From positions 1-54,936 of the forward strand of contig JBMFIM010000004.1 in assembly GCA_049976305.1 (NCBI GenBank): DNA of 54,936 nucleotides. Direction: 5' to 3'. Position numbers and translations under genes: made by a program. Shown here in pieces: positions 28,066-37,790 of the stretch. Source of the DNA: Candidatus Micrarchaeia archaeon. Lineage in GTDB: Archaea; Micrarchaeota; Micrarchaeia; Micrarchaeales; CABMGC01. A model generated the notes under the pieces. That model was not told where the DNA came from. It ran no database searches and saw only the letters and a program-made list of their open reading frames with translations. Every line of letters starts with the position of its first letter. Position 1 is the first letter of the stretch.

Positions 28066-29571
28066 ATGAGCCTTGTGCGCATTCAGAACGTAATGAGCAA
28101 CGAATTAGGAAAGAGGGCTACGATAACAAGGCCTCCGGAACCGCCACATGATTATCTCCTCAATGATCCTGCAAACTCGATCTTCGTTGGAATAACAAAG
28201 ATGTTTGAAGTACCTTTCACTTGGACTTTCGCGACACTTACAAACCCTCATATAGCGGTAGTTGGAATAACCGGAGCTGGCAAAAGCTTCTTTGTTAAGA
28301 CTTTTCTTACGAGGGCAAGCTTCGTTTGGAATACTAACGCGATAATAATAGACTGGGCTGGAGAATACAAGGCTTGGGTTAAGCAAAGTGGTGGCACGAT
28401 AGTGGCGCTTGGCAAAGGAGACTACCTCAACATAATGGACCTTTCAGGCATGAAGCCGCTAGACAGGACCAAGCAGATAATGACCTCTTTTGAAATACTT
28501 ACAGACATAGGCCTATACCCTGAGCAGAAGAGGCTTACAGAAGAGGCAATAGAGCAGGCTTATGTAAATTTTGGCTTCAACCTTGCAGAGACGCCGCCGC
28601 CTGAGAAAGAGGCTCCTACGCTGAAAGATGTCATAGCGCTTCTAGAGGAAAAGTTGCAAGAAGGAACCTATGAGTACCCTGCAGAGCTTGAAAACGCAGT
28701 ATACAGGCTTAGGCAGTTTTCAAGAGAAGGCGAGGATTACTTTGCAAGAAAAAGCACAATAGACCTTGGCAAGCTTGCAAGTTCAGGTCTAGTAGATATA
28801 GACCTTTCAGGCCTGCCAGATGAGAGGTTTAGAGCCCTTGCCGCACTCTTCATGCTTCAAACCTTGAAGGAAAAGATGAGGATGGAAGGTTGGTCTGCAA
28901 GCAAAGGTCTGAAGGCTTTTGTTGTGCTTGATGAGGCTTGGAAGGTTGCAAGCGACGACAGGAGTGATGCAATTACAATAGTGAGGGAAGGCAGAAAATA
29001 CCAGTTCGGTCTTATCGTTGCTTCGCAAAATCCTACAGACATAAACGAGGCCATATTCTCCAATGTAGGCACTACAGTAGTGCTTAGAATAAAGTTTGAA
29101 AGATTCCTTGACTATCTTCAGGGCTCTCTTAACTTCTCAGACTTCCTGCGCAGGGAGATAAGCAAGTTCGGAGTAGGCCAGGCAGCAATAGACATGTCTT
29201 TCCAGACAAACATAGAATTCCCAGGCACGTTCCTTATAGAAAGGGTAATTGGAGAGATACCGCTGGATGTCTATACCATCAATGTTTCTGAAGTGCTAAG
29301 CCAAAGTGAGCTAAACGATGAAAACGTGCAGAAGGAATATTTCCTTGAGAAGATAGACCTTAATGCGAAGCTCATAGAAAACAATGTACCCTCAGAAACC
29401 ATAAACGATATTTTCAAGGAACTTGATACTAGAGGAAGGCTTATAGACATAAGGGCCCTTGTCCAGATCATGCTTAGCAGGCAGGTAAGCAAAGAATCTA
29501 TTGTAAACTTTATGAGGGCATTGGGCATAACCGACACAGTAATAACAAGGGCATTCTTGTACGTGACATAA
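28066..29571 (+). CDS. VirB4/HerA-like (DUF87, CedB-like) P-loop ATPase
   Basis: NPHIAVVGITGAGKS Walker A, IIIDWAGEY, VVLDEAW Walker B, REGRKYQFGLIVASQ. Confidence 0.9.
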   Translation: MSLVRIQNVMSNELGKRATITRPPEPPHDYLLNDPANSIFVGITKMFEVPFTWTFATLTNPHIAVVGITGAGKSFFVKTFLTRASFVWNTNAIIIDWAGEYKAWVKQSGGTIVALGKGDYLNIMDLSGMKPLDRTKQIMTSFEILTDIGLYPEQKRLTEEAIEQAYVNFGFNLAETPPPEKEAPTLKDVIALLEEKLQEGTYEYPAELENAVYRLRQFSREGEDYFARKSTIDLGKLASSGLVDIDLSGLPDERFRALAALFMLQTLKEKMRMEGWSASKGLKAFVVLDEAWKVASDDRSDAITIVREGRKYQFGLIVASQNPTDINEAIFSNVGTTVVLRIKFERFLDYLQGSLNFSDFLRREISKFGVGQAAIDMSFQTNIEFPGTFLIERVIGEIPLDVYTINVSEVLSQSELNDENVQKEYFLEKIDLNAKLIENNVPSETINDIFKELDTRGRLIDIRALVQIMLSRQVSKESIVNFMRALGITDTVITRAFLYVT

Positions 29572-29572
29572 T

Positions 29573-29869
29573 ATGGGAGTAACCTACACTATTTCAAGGC
29601 AGCGCCTCCAGCGCATGCTTACCCTTCTAGGCGTTAGCGAAAAATCTATCCAAGAATTGATTAACGAGCTGAACAAGGAGCACAGGCACATCAATGTTGT
29701 TTCGCTTGCAGGGCTCCTTGAAAAAATAGGCTTAAAGGAGACTCAGACGGCAAACGTCTTGAGGAGAATAGGCATAGACGATGTGACAATTACAAGCATA
29801 ATGAATGCGCTAGACGAAGAAAAAATAAAGAGAGCATACGGCAGGTTGGTGGAGCTTGAGTTGGGTTAA
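29573..29869 (+). CDS. Small helical protein resembling the C-terminal domain of the upstream ATPase
   Basis: INVVSLAGLLEKIGLKETQTANVLRRIGIDDVTIT vs IDIRALVQIMLSRQVSKESIVNFMRALGITDTVIT. Confidence 0.7.
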   Translation: MGVTYTISRQRLQRMLTLLGVSEKSIQELINELNKEHRHINVVSLAGLLEKIGLKETQTANVLRRIGIDDVTITSIMNALDEEKIKRAYGRLVELELG

Positions 29870-29870
29870 C

Positions 29871-30257
29871 ATGAGAAATCAACCAAAAAGCGTTTGCATA
29901 ATCTGCGGGCAGGAAAAGCCAGGAATAGAGGTAAAAGAAGACAACGTGATAAGGGCAATAAGATGGTTCAAGAGAAACGTGACAAAGAACGAGCAGGGCA
30001 ACAAGCTTGTTGTATGCAAAGACTGCTATGTGAAATACAGCGCGCTAAGGTCAAAATACGAAAGCAGGCAGAAGCTTTACATTGCGCTTGGCATACTTTT
30101 TGTCATATTCTCAACTATAGTCTCGACAAACAAGCTAGTAGGGTTGGGCATAGGGATTTTCATATTTTTGCTTCTTTACCTGATATCCTTCCTTAGTTAC
30201 ATTCCTGCTTTGAACTTGCCTAAAACTTCGGAGGCAAAACCTAAAAAGGAAAAGTAA
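29871..30257 (+). CDS. Zn-finger membrane protein
   Basis: CIIC...CKDC followed by two TM helices. Confidence 0.72.
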   Translation: MRNQPKSVCIICGQEKPGIEVKEDNVIRAIRWFKRNVTKNEQGNKLVVCKDCYVKYSALRSKYESRQKLYIALGILFVIFSTIVSTNKLVGLGIGIFIFLLLYLISFLSYIPALNLPKTSEAKPKKEK

Positions 30258-30302
30258 TAAATTATTGCACACAGAATAACAATTAGTGCGACCGGTGTTT
30301 GT

Positions 30303-31523
30303 GTGAAAAGCCTCGAAGAGGTGGAGTCAGATATAATCTCGCTTATAAATGATAAGCAGGAAATGGCGTATGCTGAAATAAAGAAATACGCAGAAACCTA
30401 TGGCATAGAAGATGGGCTTCTGGAGAGAAGCCTAAAAGAGCTCGAAAAAGCGAACGCTATAGCATCTAGAAACAGCGGCGGCGTACTGACATACTACATG
30501 CTCCAAGAGGAGCAACCAATCAAAAGGGTTTTCATAGTTGAAGACGACAGGAACATAAACAAGCTGATGGCCCTTTCCATAGGCAAGGAATTTGAGATTA
30601 CTCAGATATATGACGGAAAGGAGGCGATGGAAAGGATAAAGTATGAGAAGCCAGACCTTGTGATACTCGACCTGATGCTTCCGGGCATGGATGGCTTAGA
30701 GATTTGCCAGAGGATAAAGTCGGATGAGAGCTTGAAGGATACTGTAGTGATAATAGTAAGCGCGATGGACGCAACCTCCAATAGGTTCAAGGGCATAAAG
30801 TATGGAGCGGACTACTACATAAAAAAGCCTTTTGACCCTGCTGAGCTCAGAAGCCTAGTTACAATATTCCTAAAAAAGAAAGGCAGGCGATTCGACCCAC
30901 TAATAGACCTGCCCAACGAGGAAAGGATAACAAACGCTGTGGAGAACGCAATGAAGCAAGGCTCTTTGCAATCGACAATAGGCACTCTCAAGGTAGAAGG
31001 CCTTGCTGAATTTGCAAATGCGTTTGGCACAGAAGCGGGAATGACAATATTAAGGCTTGTTTCGCAGCTTCTTCAAGACAAGGTAAAGGAAATAGGCAAT
31101 GTGTTTGTGGGCTTTCTCAACAGCAGTGATTTTGTAATAGCAGGCGATGAGGCAGGCGTTAGAAAGCTTGTTGAAGGGATAAAGGCTGAATTCTCTGCAG
31201 TGCTGCCTTTCGTATACCAAAGCGAAGGCTACAAGCCTATAGAGCTAGGTGTCGAAAACGCGTACAGCAGCCCTGTTCCTTCGCTTTCGCTATCGTTTAC
31301 CGCAATAGGCAAGCAGGAAATAGCTGAAAGAAGGGCAGAGGTGCTCAAGAACAAGCCTGTAGACAGCATAGGCGCCTATACCTACGAGGAGCTTAGGCAC
31401 ATTCTAGGGAGTGAGGACATAGACGTTACGATAACTAGGGATCCTTCAGGCGTTAAGCTCTCTGTAAGCAAAAGAAACTCTAAGGAGAAGCCTGAAAAGG
31501 ACAAAGACCTCAAAGCAATATAG
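30303..31523 (+). CDS. Response regulator: N-terminal wHTH-like domain, REC domain and degenerate GGDEF-like domain
   Basis: IVEDD, ILDLMLPGMDG, IVSA, GADYYIKKPF; RFDPLIDLPN...FVGFLNSSDFVI. Confidence 0.85.
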   Translation: MKSLEEVESDIISLINDKQEMAYAEIKKYAETYGIEDGLLERSLKELEKANAIASRNSGGVLTYYMLQEEQPIKRVFIVEDDRNINKLMALSIGKEFEITQIYDGKEAMERIKYEKPDLVILDLMLPGMDGLEICQRIKSDESLKDTVVIIVSAMDATSNRFKGIKYGADYYIKKPFDPAELRSLVTIFLKKKGRRFDPLIDLPNEERITNAVENAMKQGSLQSTIGTLKVEGLAEFANAFGTEAGMTILRLVSQLLQDKVKEIGNVFVGFLNSSDFVIAGDEAGVRKLVEGIKAEFSAVLPFVYQSEGYKPIELGVENAYSSPVPSLSLSFTAIGKQEIAERRAEVLKNKPVDSIGAYTYEELRHILGSEDIDVTITRDPSGVKLSVSKRNSKEKPEKDKDLKAI

Positions 31524-31796
31524 TCACTTGCGCTTTTTCTTCTTCGCGGCTTTAGGTTTATGCTGCTTGCTGTGTTGTTGCTTCTTGCTGGCACTTCCTA
31601 TCTCCAAGCTCGTTCTTTTTATTTTGCTGCGCTCCAAAAGGTCGAGCACATGAGAATCCTCTGTAGGCCTTTGGTCGTCAGCGCTTGTCTGTAATGCAAC
31701 ATTCTGAATGCCGCCCTCTTGTAGTATGTCCCTAGTTTGCTGGAGCTTCCTAAGGGCCTCTAGCTTCTTGCGAAGCTTTTCCTTGCTCTCTGCCAT
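31524..31796 (-). CDS. Small basic hypothetical protein
   Basis: 90-aa ORF with Lys-rich tail; shares an AT-rich divergent promoter region with lhr. Confidence 0.55.
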   Translation of the reverse strand: MAESKEKLRKKLEALRKLQQTRDILQEGGIQNVALQTSADDQRPTEDSHVLDLLERSKIKRTSLEIGSASKKQQHSKQHKPKAAKKKKRK

Positions 31797-31861
31797 GAAA
31801 TCGCAAAGTTTATTATATTGGAAAATTTAAAATACTAACTACAATTGCAAAAAGGACTTGC

Positions 31862-34540
31862 ATGATCGCATTTTATGAAAAACCTTTCACAGAGGCAGAG
31901 AGCCTAGAAAGCCTCAACCATATAATCAGGGACTGGTTCAGCAAGAAGTACAAGCAGCTTACTCCGCCTCAGCGTTACTCTTTCAAGCTGATAAGAGAGG
32001 GCAGGAGCCTGCTCATAACAGCGCCGACAGGTAGTGGAAAAACCTTCTCTGCATTCATGGCCATACTCAGTGACCTTATGGACATGGCGGAAAAGGGCGA
32101 GCTGGAAGACAAAACTTATTGCATATACATCTCCCCGCTGAGGGCACTTGACAACGACATATTCCGCAATCTTACCGGGCCACTGAACGAGATCTACAAT
32201 GAGCTTGAGAAAGGCGGAAAGAAGTTGAAGCGCATAACAATAGGAGTGAGAACAGGCGATACGGAGCAAAAGGAAAGGCAAAGGCAGCTTGCACGGCCGC
32301 CAAACATACTGGTGACAACTCCGGAGAGCATAGCAATCCTGCTTAACGGCGCGAGGTTCTCGGAGAACCTAAAGAGCGTTAAGTATGTAGTTATTGATGA
32401 AATCCACGAGCTTGCGAACAACAAGAGAGGAGTTCATCTCAGCATATCCTTAGAGAGGCTTGCAAATCTGGCGGGGCACGACTTCGTGAGAGTAGGCATG
32501 GGCGCAACTCTCTACCCGCTTGAAAATGCGGCAAGATTCCTTGTAGGCTACAAGCCTGATGGTAGCGAAAGAGACTGCTACATTATAGACGCAACGTGGG
32601 ATAAGCCTATGAAATATCTTGTCATCTCGCCTGTAAAAGACTTGGTAAACGCAAAGGACGAGCAGATAGAAAGCGCAATTTACAAGGTCTTAGATTCTAT
32701 AATCAAATCCAACACTACCACTCTCATTTTCACCAATACGAGGAGCGGAACCGAAAGGGTAGTATTCAATCTTGCAAAAAGATTCCACTACACTGAGGAG
32801 CAGCTGGCAGCGCATCACGGCTCCCTGTCAAGGGAGGTCAGGCTTGAAGTGGAGGAAATGCTAAAAATGGGCAAACTTAAGTGCGTAGTTTCCTCAACGA
32901 GCCTAGAGCTGGGCATAGATATAGGAAGCATAGACAACGTTGTGCAGCTCGGATCGCCGAAGAGCGTTACGAGGGCAATTCAGAGAATAGGGAGAAGCGG
33001 CCACAGGTTTTACGATGTTGCCAAAGGAGAGATTGTGGTTACAAACAGAGACGACCTTGTAGAATGCAGCGTAATGCTCAAGGCTGCGCAAGAACGCCAC
33101 CTCGATTCCTTTTCAACTCCGAAGAACGCACTCGACGTGCTCGCGCAGCATGTAGTGGGCATGAGCTTAATAAGGAAATGGAAGGTGCAAGAAGCATATG
33201 ACATGATAAGGCAGGCATATCCTTATCACACCCTGCCAATGAAGGACTTCGAGTCTTTGCTTGAATACTTATCTGGCAGCTACGTGGGCTTGGAAAGCAG
33301 GCGCGTATATGGAAAAATATGGTATGATGCAAATACGGGAGAATTCGGCAAGAGAGGCAGGTTTACAAAGCTCATCTACTACCTCAACATAGGCACCATA
33401 CCAGACACTGTCGCGGTAGATGTTTATACCTTGGACAGAAAATGGATCGGCAGCATAGAAGAAGACTTTCTTGCAAGGCTGAAGCCTGGTGACATCTTTA
33501 CCCTCGGCGGCAGGCTCTACCAGTTTGAATTTTCAAGGCAGCTGAACTGCTATGTAAGGCCTGCAAAAAGCAACACGCCAACAATACCTCCTTGGTTCTC
33601 TGAGCAGTTGCCTCTGACTTTCGAGCTGGCTTTGGAGATAGGAAGGTTCAGAAAAGAAATGGAAGAAGCCGTAAGAAAGGACCTGGAAGAAGCAAAGCGC
33701 AAGTCATTATTCAAAATGCTTAAGGCAAACAGCCTCAAGGTTGGAGAAAATGCAAGAAAAATACTTGACAACATGCCAATAGACGAAAACGCCAAGAACT
33801 CAATTTTCAACTACTTTGTGGAGCAGATACTGTTCTCAAACAAAGTGCCGAACGACAAACTTGTACTCGTAGAGATAACCAAGGAGCCGAAGAGCGGAAG
33901 AAGACTTGTAGTTTTCCACAGCCTTTACGGCAGAAGGGTAAACGACACACTTTCAAGGCTTTTCGGCATTGCAATATCAGACATATTAGAAACAGAGGTT
34001 GGTATAATAGTCAGCGACAATGGCTTTGTGCTAATGCTTGACCCTGGCATTAAGATAGACAAAGGACAAATAGACGAGGCGTTCAGCACAGTACTTAATG
34101 AAGATGTTATGGATGTGCTGAAGAGCAACGTAAGGCGTACAGAAATGATGAAAAGAAGGTTCAGGCACTGTGCGGTGAGGGGCTTTATGGTGCTGCGCAA
34201 CTACAAGGGGAAGAAGATAAGCGTAAGAAAGCAGCAGGTCAACTCTGAAGCGCTGCTAAGCGCTGTGGAAGAGCTGAGCCCTGATTTCCCAATTCTCAAG
34301 GAAACTTATCGCGAGATTCTGGAAGACGTTATGGACTTGCCAAGGACAAAGGAGCTTCTTGACGCGTTTAGGAAAGGAAGCCTGAGATATGAAGTTTTCT
34401 CCACACCCTTGCCGTCGCCATTCGCGCACATAATGATAACCTTTGGAGAAGCAGACATCGTGATGATGAAAGACAGACGCAAGCACCTCAGAGAGCTGAG
34501 GAACTATGTCCTTGCAAAAATCAAGAAAGACCGCAAATAG
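31862..34540 (+). CDS. lhr: ATP-dependent helicase Lhr (archaeal Lhr-core)
   Basis: APTGSGKT, ISPLRAL, RTGDT, TTPES, DEIH, HHGSLS, SLELGIDIG, QRIGRSGH, PSPFA. Confidence 0.95.
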   Translation: MIAFYEKPFTEAESLESLNHIIRDWFSKKYKQLTPPQRYSFKLIREGRSLLITAPTGSGKTFSAFMAILSDLMDMAEKGELEDKTYCIYISPLRALDNDIFRNLTGPLNEIYNELEKGGKKLKRITIGVRTGDTEQKERQRQLARPPNILVTTPESIAILLNGARFSENLKSVKYVVIDEIHELANNKRGVHLSISLERLANLAGHDFVRVGMGATLYPLENAARFLVGYKPDGSERDCYIIDATWDKPMKYLVISPVKDLVNAKDEQIESAIYKVLDSIIKSNTTTLIFTNTRSGTERVVFNLAKRFHYTEEQLAAHHGSLSREVRLEVEEMLKMGKLKCVVSSTSLELGIDIGSIDNVVQLGSPKSVTRAIQRIGRSGHRFYDVAKGEIVVTNRDDLVECSVMLKAAQERHLDSFSTPKNALDVLAQHVVGMSLIRKWKVQEAYDMIRQAYPYHTLPMKDFESLLEYLSGSYVGLESRRVYGKIWYDANTGEFGKRGRFTKLIYYLNIGTIPDTVAVDVYTLDRKWIGSIEEDFLARLKPGDIFTLGGRLYQFEFSRQLNCYVRPAKSNTPTIPPWFSEQLPLTFELALEIGRFRKEMEEAVRKDLEEAKRKSLFKMLKANSLKVGENARKILDNMPIDENAKNSIFNYFVEQILFSNKVPNDKLVLVEITKEPKSGRRLVVFHSLYGRRVNDTLSRLFGIAISDILETEVGIIVSDNGFVLMLDPGIKIDKGQIDEAFSTVLNEDVMDVLKSNVRRTEMMKRRFRHCAVRGFMVLRNYKGKKISVRKQQVNSEALLSAVEELSPDFPILKETYREILEDVMDLPRTKELLDAFRKGSLRYEVFSTPLPSPFAHIMITFGEADIVMMKDRRKHLRELRNYVLAKIKKDRK

Positions 34541-34600
34541 ATCGATGCAATCCCTACAGAATTAGAAAATGCTGAGACATCAGGGCAGGTTTACAAAATG

Positions 34601-34668
34601 CTTAGCAGAAGGCCCGCAATTTCAATCGTGGGATGAATGCGGATTAGACAAGCGCATAGACATATAAA
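34601..34668 (+). mobile_element. Solitary IS200/IS605-like end hairpin with adjacent TATA-like motif
   Basis: AAGGCCCGCAATTTCAATCGTGGGATGAATG resembles the IS605-type subterminal hairpin; followed by AGACATATAA as in the tnpB remnant. Confidence 0.55.
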
Positions 34669-34807
34669 GGGCGTTTCCACTAAAATAGATAAAAACCTCA
34701 ATTTGCGCTGGTAAAAATCGACTTGTGTTCTTCGTTGACCATAATCGCACCCTGCCTTACTTAGCACTCAAATTTATATTTTGCCTGCGTATATGTAGAA
34801 CGATTTT

Positions 34808-37471
34808 ATGGAGCCTGAGGTTTACTTATTCGAAGAAGCTGCGAAGATGAACCTAGACAAGTTCATACTTGGAGGAAAAGGCTATGGCCTTGTGGAAATG
34901 CAGAGAATAGGCCTTCCAGTGCCTCCTGGAATTGTCATAACGACGCACATGTGCAACGAATTCTTTGCAAGAGGCAAGAAGATATGGCCAGAACTCAGGC
35001 AAGCAATCCTTGGCAAGCTTGAAGTGCTTGAAAACAAGACTGGAAAAAGGTTCAACGACGAGAAGAACCCTCTGCTTGTTTCCGTTAGGTCTGGCGCACC
35101 TTATTCAATGCCTGGCATGATGGATACTGTGCTCAACCTGGGAATAAACGACAAGATAGCAAAGGCCCTTGCAGAAAAAACCGGCGACGAGAGGTTTGCC
35201 TATGACACCTACCGCAGATTCATCCAACTTTTCGGCAAAATCGTGCTTGGAATAGACGGCAGCAAGTTCGACGCTCTGCTTGAAAACCTGAAGAAAAGCA
35301 GGGGCTTTGGCTCTGATGCAGAAGTAGATGCTGAAGGCTGGAAGCAGCTTGTGGAGCAATACAAGCAGCTAGTTAAGAAAGAAACAGGCTCTGAGCTAGA
35401 GCAAGACCCGGAGAAGCAGCTGATGCTTGCAGTTGGAGCCGTGTTCAATTCTTGGTGGAACAAGAGGGCGATTGAATACAGGAAGATATACAACATACCA
35501 GATACGCTCGGCACAGCAGTCAACATAGTAATGATGGTTTACGGCAACATGGATGACAAATCAGGCACAGGCGTCGCGTTTACTAGAGATCCTTCAACCG
35601 GCGAGAAGAAGCTTTATGCTGAGTTCTTGACAAAAGCACAGGGCGAAGATGTAGTGGCAGGCATAAGGACGCCTTTGCAAGTAGACGAGCTAAAGAAAAA
35701 ATTCCCAGAAATTTACAAGCAGCTTCTAGACATAGCAGACAAGCTCGAGCACTACTTCAAAGACATGCAAGACATTGAGTTCACTGTCGAGAGTGGTAAG
35801 CTTTACATGCTCCAAACAAGGAACGGCAAGCGCACAGCGCAGGCCGCGCTCAAGATAGCAATCGACATGGTGAAGGAGAAGCTCATAAGCAAGGAAGAAG
35901 CGGTGCTGCGCATTGAGCCCGAGCAATTGCAAAGGCTTCTCTACAAACAGCTAGACCCCAAGGCAAAGGCAGAGCCCATAGCTAAAGGTTTGCCTGCAAG
36001 CCCTGGCGCAGCAGTAGGCAAGGTCGTGTTCACAGTCGAAGACGCAGTGGAGGCAAAGAAGAAAGGGGAGAAGGTGATAATGGTAAGGCCTGAAACAACA
36101 CCTGAGGACATAGCTGGAATAGCGGCATCAGAGGGCGTGCTTACAAGCAGGGGCGGCATGACTAGCCACGCGGCAGTGGTGACAAGAGGAATGGGCAAGC
36201 CTTCTGTGGTGGGAGCTGAGGCTGTGAAAGTAGACGTTTCTGGCAACAAGTTTGAAGTCGGCGGCAAGGTTGTGAAGAAAGGCGACATCATCACCATAGA
36301 TGGAACCACTGGATCGGTGTTCCTAGGAGAGATGCCGCTGGTAGAGCCAAAGCTTGGAGGAGATCTTGCAACCCTGCTCTCATGGGCAGATTCCATAAGG
36401 AAGCTCGGAGTAAGGGCGAACGCAGATACTCCTGAAATGGCAGCAAAGGCAAGGGAAAACGGCGCAGAAGGCATAGGCTTGGCAAGGACGGAGCGAATGT
36501 TCAACTCGCCTGACAGGCTTTCGATAGTGCAGGAGATGATACTTGCTGAGGACAGCGATGAAAGGGCTAGGATACTGCAAAGGCTTAAGCCTTTGCAAAA
36601 AGGCGATTTCAAGGAGATATTCAAGATAATGAAAGGCTTGCCGGTTACAATAAGGCTACTCGACCTTCCGTTGCATGAGTTCCTGCCGAAGCTTGACGAG
36701 CTACTGCCCAAGGTGACGGAGCTAAGGCTAAAAGGCGACACGAAGGAATTGCCGAAATACGAGCGCATACTCAACAGAGTTTTGGAGCTTAGGGAGCAGA
36801 ACCCTATGATGGGCCAGCGTGGCGTAAGGCTTGCGCTAATGTACCCTGAGATATACAGAATGCAAGTAGAGGCTATAATCGAGGCAGCGGCAGAGGTGGC
36901 GAAAGAAGAGGGCGAGGCGCCTATAGTAGAGATTATGATATCGCAGGTTGCAAGCGCGGGAGAGCTCAAGAAGGCAAGGGAAATAGTTGAACAGACTGCG
37001 CAGGAAACGCTGAAGAGGCTCAATGCAAAGATAAAATACGAGGTTGGCACAATGATAGAAACCCCTAGGGCAGCGCTTACTGCAAAAGAGCTCGCAAACG
37101 TTGCCGACTTCTTCTCCTTTGGCACAAACGACTTAACCCAAGCCACTTTCGCATTCAGCAGAGATGATGTTGAAGCAAAATTCGTGCCTTTCTACATCGA
37201 GAACAAAGTACTAGATGCAAATCCTTTCGAGACAATCGACACTAGCGGCGTTGGAAGGCTTGTGCAGATGGCTTCTGAGGAGGGCAAGCAGGCAAATCCG
37301 AAGCTCAAAGTAGGAGTATGCGGAGAGCATGGTGGAGACCCCAACTCAATTATGTTCTTCAGCACTACGAAAGTAGACTACGTAAGCTGCTCTCCTTACC
37401 GCGTGCCAGTTGCCAGGCTGGTTGCTGCGCAGGCGGCGATAAAAGGAAAGAGCAAGGCAACAACGGCATGA
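34808..37471 (+). CDS. ppdK: Pyruvate, phosphate dikinase
   Basis: LGGKG, PLLVSVRSGA..SMPGMMDT, GGMTSHAAVV phospho-His, IGLARTE, FSFGTNDLTQ, CGEHGGDP. Confidence 0.97.
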   Translation: MEPEVYLFEEAAKMNLDKFILGGKGYGLVEMQRIGLPVPPGIVITTHMCNEFFARGKKIWPELRQAILGKLEVLENKTGKRFNDEKNPLLVSVRSGAPYSMPGMMDTVLNLGINDKIAKALAEKTGDERFAYDTYRRFIQLFGKIVLGIDGSKFDALLENLKKSRGFGSDAEVDAEGWKQLVEQYKQLVKKETGSELEQDPEKQLMLAVGAVFNSWWNKRAIEYRKIYNIPDTLGTAVNIVMMVYGNMDDKSGTGVAFTRDPSTGEKKLYAEFLTKAQGEDVVAGIRTPLQVDELKKKFPEIYKQLLDIADKLEHYFKDMQDIEFTVESGKLYMLQTRNGKRTAQAALKIAIDMVKEKLISKEEAVLRIEPEQLQRLLYKQLDPKAKAEPIAKGLPASPGAAVGKVVFTVEDAVEAKKKGEKVIMVRPETTPEDIAGIAASEGVLTSRGGMTSHAAVVTRGMGKPSVVGAEAVKVDVSGNKFEVGGKVVKKGDIITIDGTTGSVFLGEMPLVEPKLGGDLATLLSWADSIRKLGVRANADTPEMAAKARENGAEGIGLARTERMFNSPDRLSIVQEMILAEDSDERARILQRLKPLQKGDFKEIFKIMKGLPVTIRLLDLPLHEFLPKLDELLPKVTELRLKGDTKELPKYERILNRVLELREQNPMMGQRGVRLALMYPEIYRMQVEAIIEAAAEVAKEEGEAPIVEIMISQVASAGELKKAREIVEQTAQETLKRLNAKIKYEVGTMIETPRAALTAKELANVADFFSFGTNDLTQATFAFSRDDVEAKFVPFYIENKVLDANPFETIDTSGVGRLVQMASEEGKQANPKLKVGVCGEHGGDPNSIMFFSTTKVDYVSCSPYRVPVARLVAAQAAIKGKSKATTA

Positions 37472-37475
37472 TTAA

Positions 37476-37790
37476 ATGAAAGAAAAAGCCAGCGAGAAAA
37501 GAGAGGAGGGCGGGGATACAAAGGTAATGCACAGCAAAGGGAAGTTCTACGTCAAGACCCCTCATGGAATTGCAGTGCTGCTCTACAAGCCTGCAGGCAA
37601 GGGCAAAATAAACATGTACCACACTTTCGTTCCAGACGAGGACCGAGGAAAAGGAATTGCAGAGAAGCTCGCCTTTGCTGCTTTTGCATACGCAAAGGAG
37701 AAGGGGCTGAAGGTAATACCTGGCTGCTCCTATGTCAGCTATTTCGTGGAAAAGCACCAGGAGTACAACAGCATGATAGTATTCAGATAG
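37476..37790 (+). CDS. GNAT-family (YjdJ-like) N-acetyltransferase
   Basis: HTFVPDEDRGKGIAEKL, KVIPGCSYV. Confidence 0.88.
   Translation: MKEKASEKREEGGDTKVMHSKGKFYVKTPHGIAVLLYKPAGKGKINMYHTFVPDEDRGKGIAEKLAFAAFAYAKEKGLKVIPGCSYVSYFVEKHQEYNSMIVFR

Noticed and set aside
35941..37146. 401-aa minus-strand ORF and many other overlapping antisense ORFs
   Set aside because: Shadow frames of well-supported genes such as ppdK; Ser-rich and without recognisable motifs
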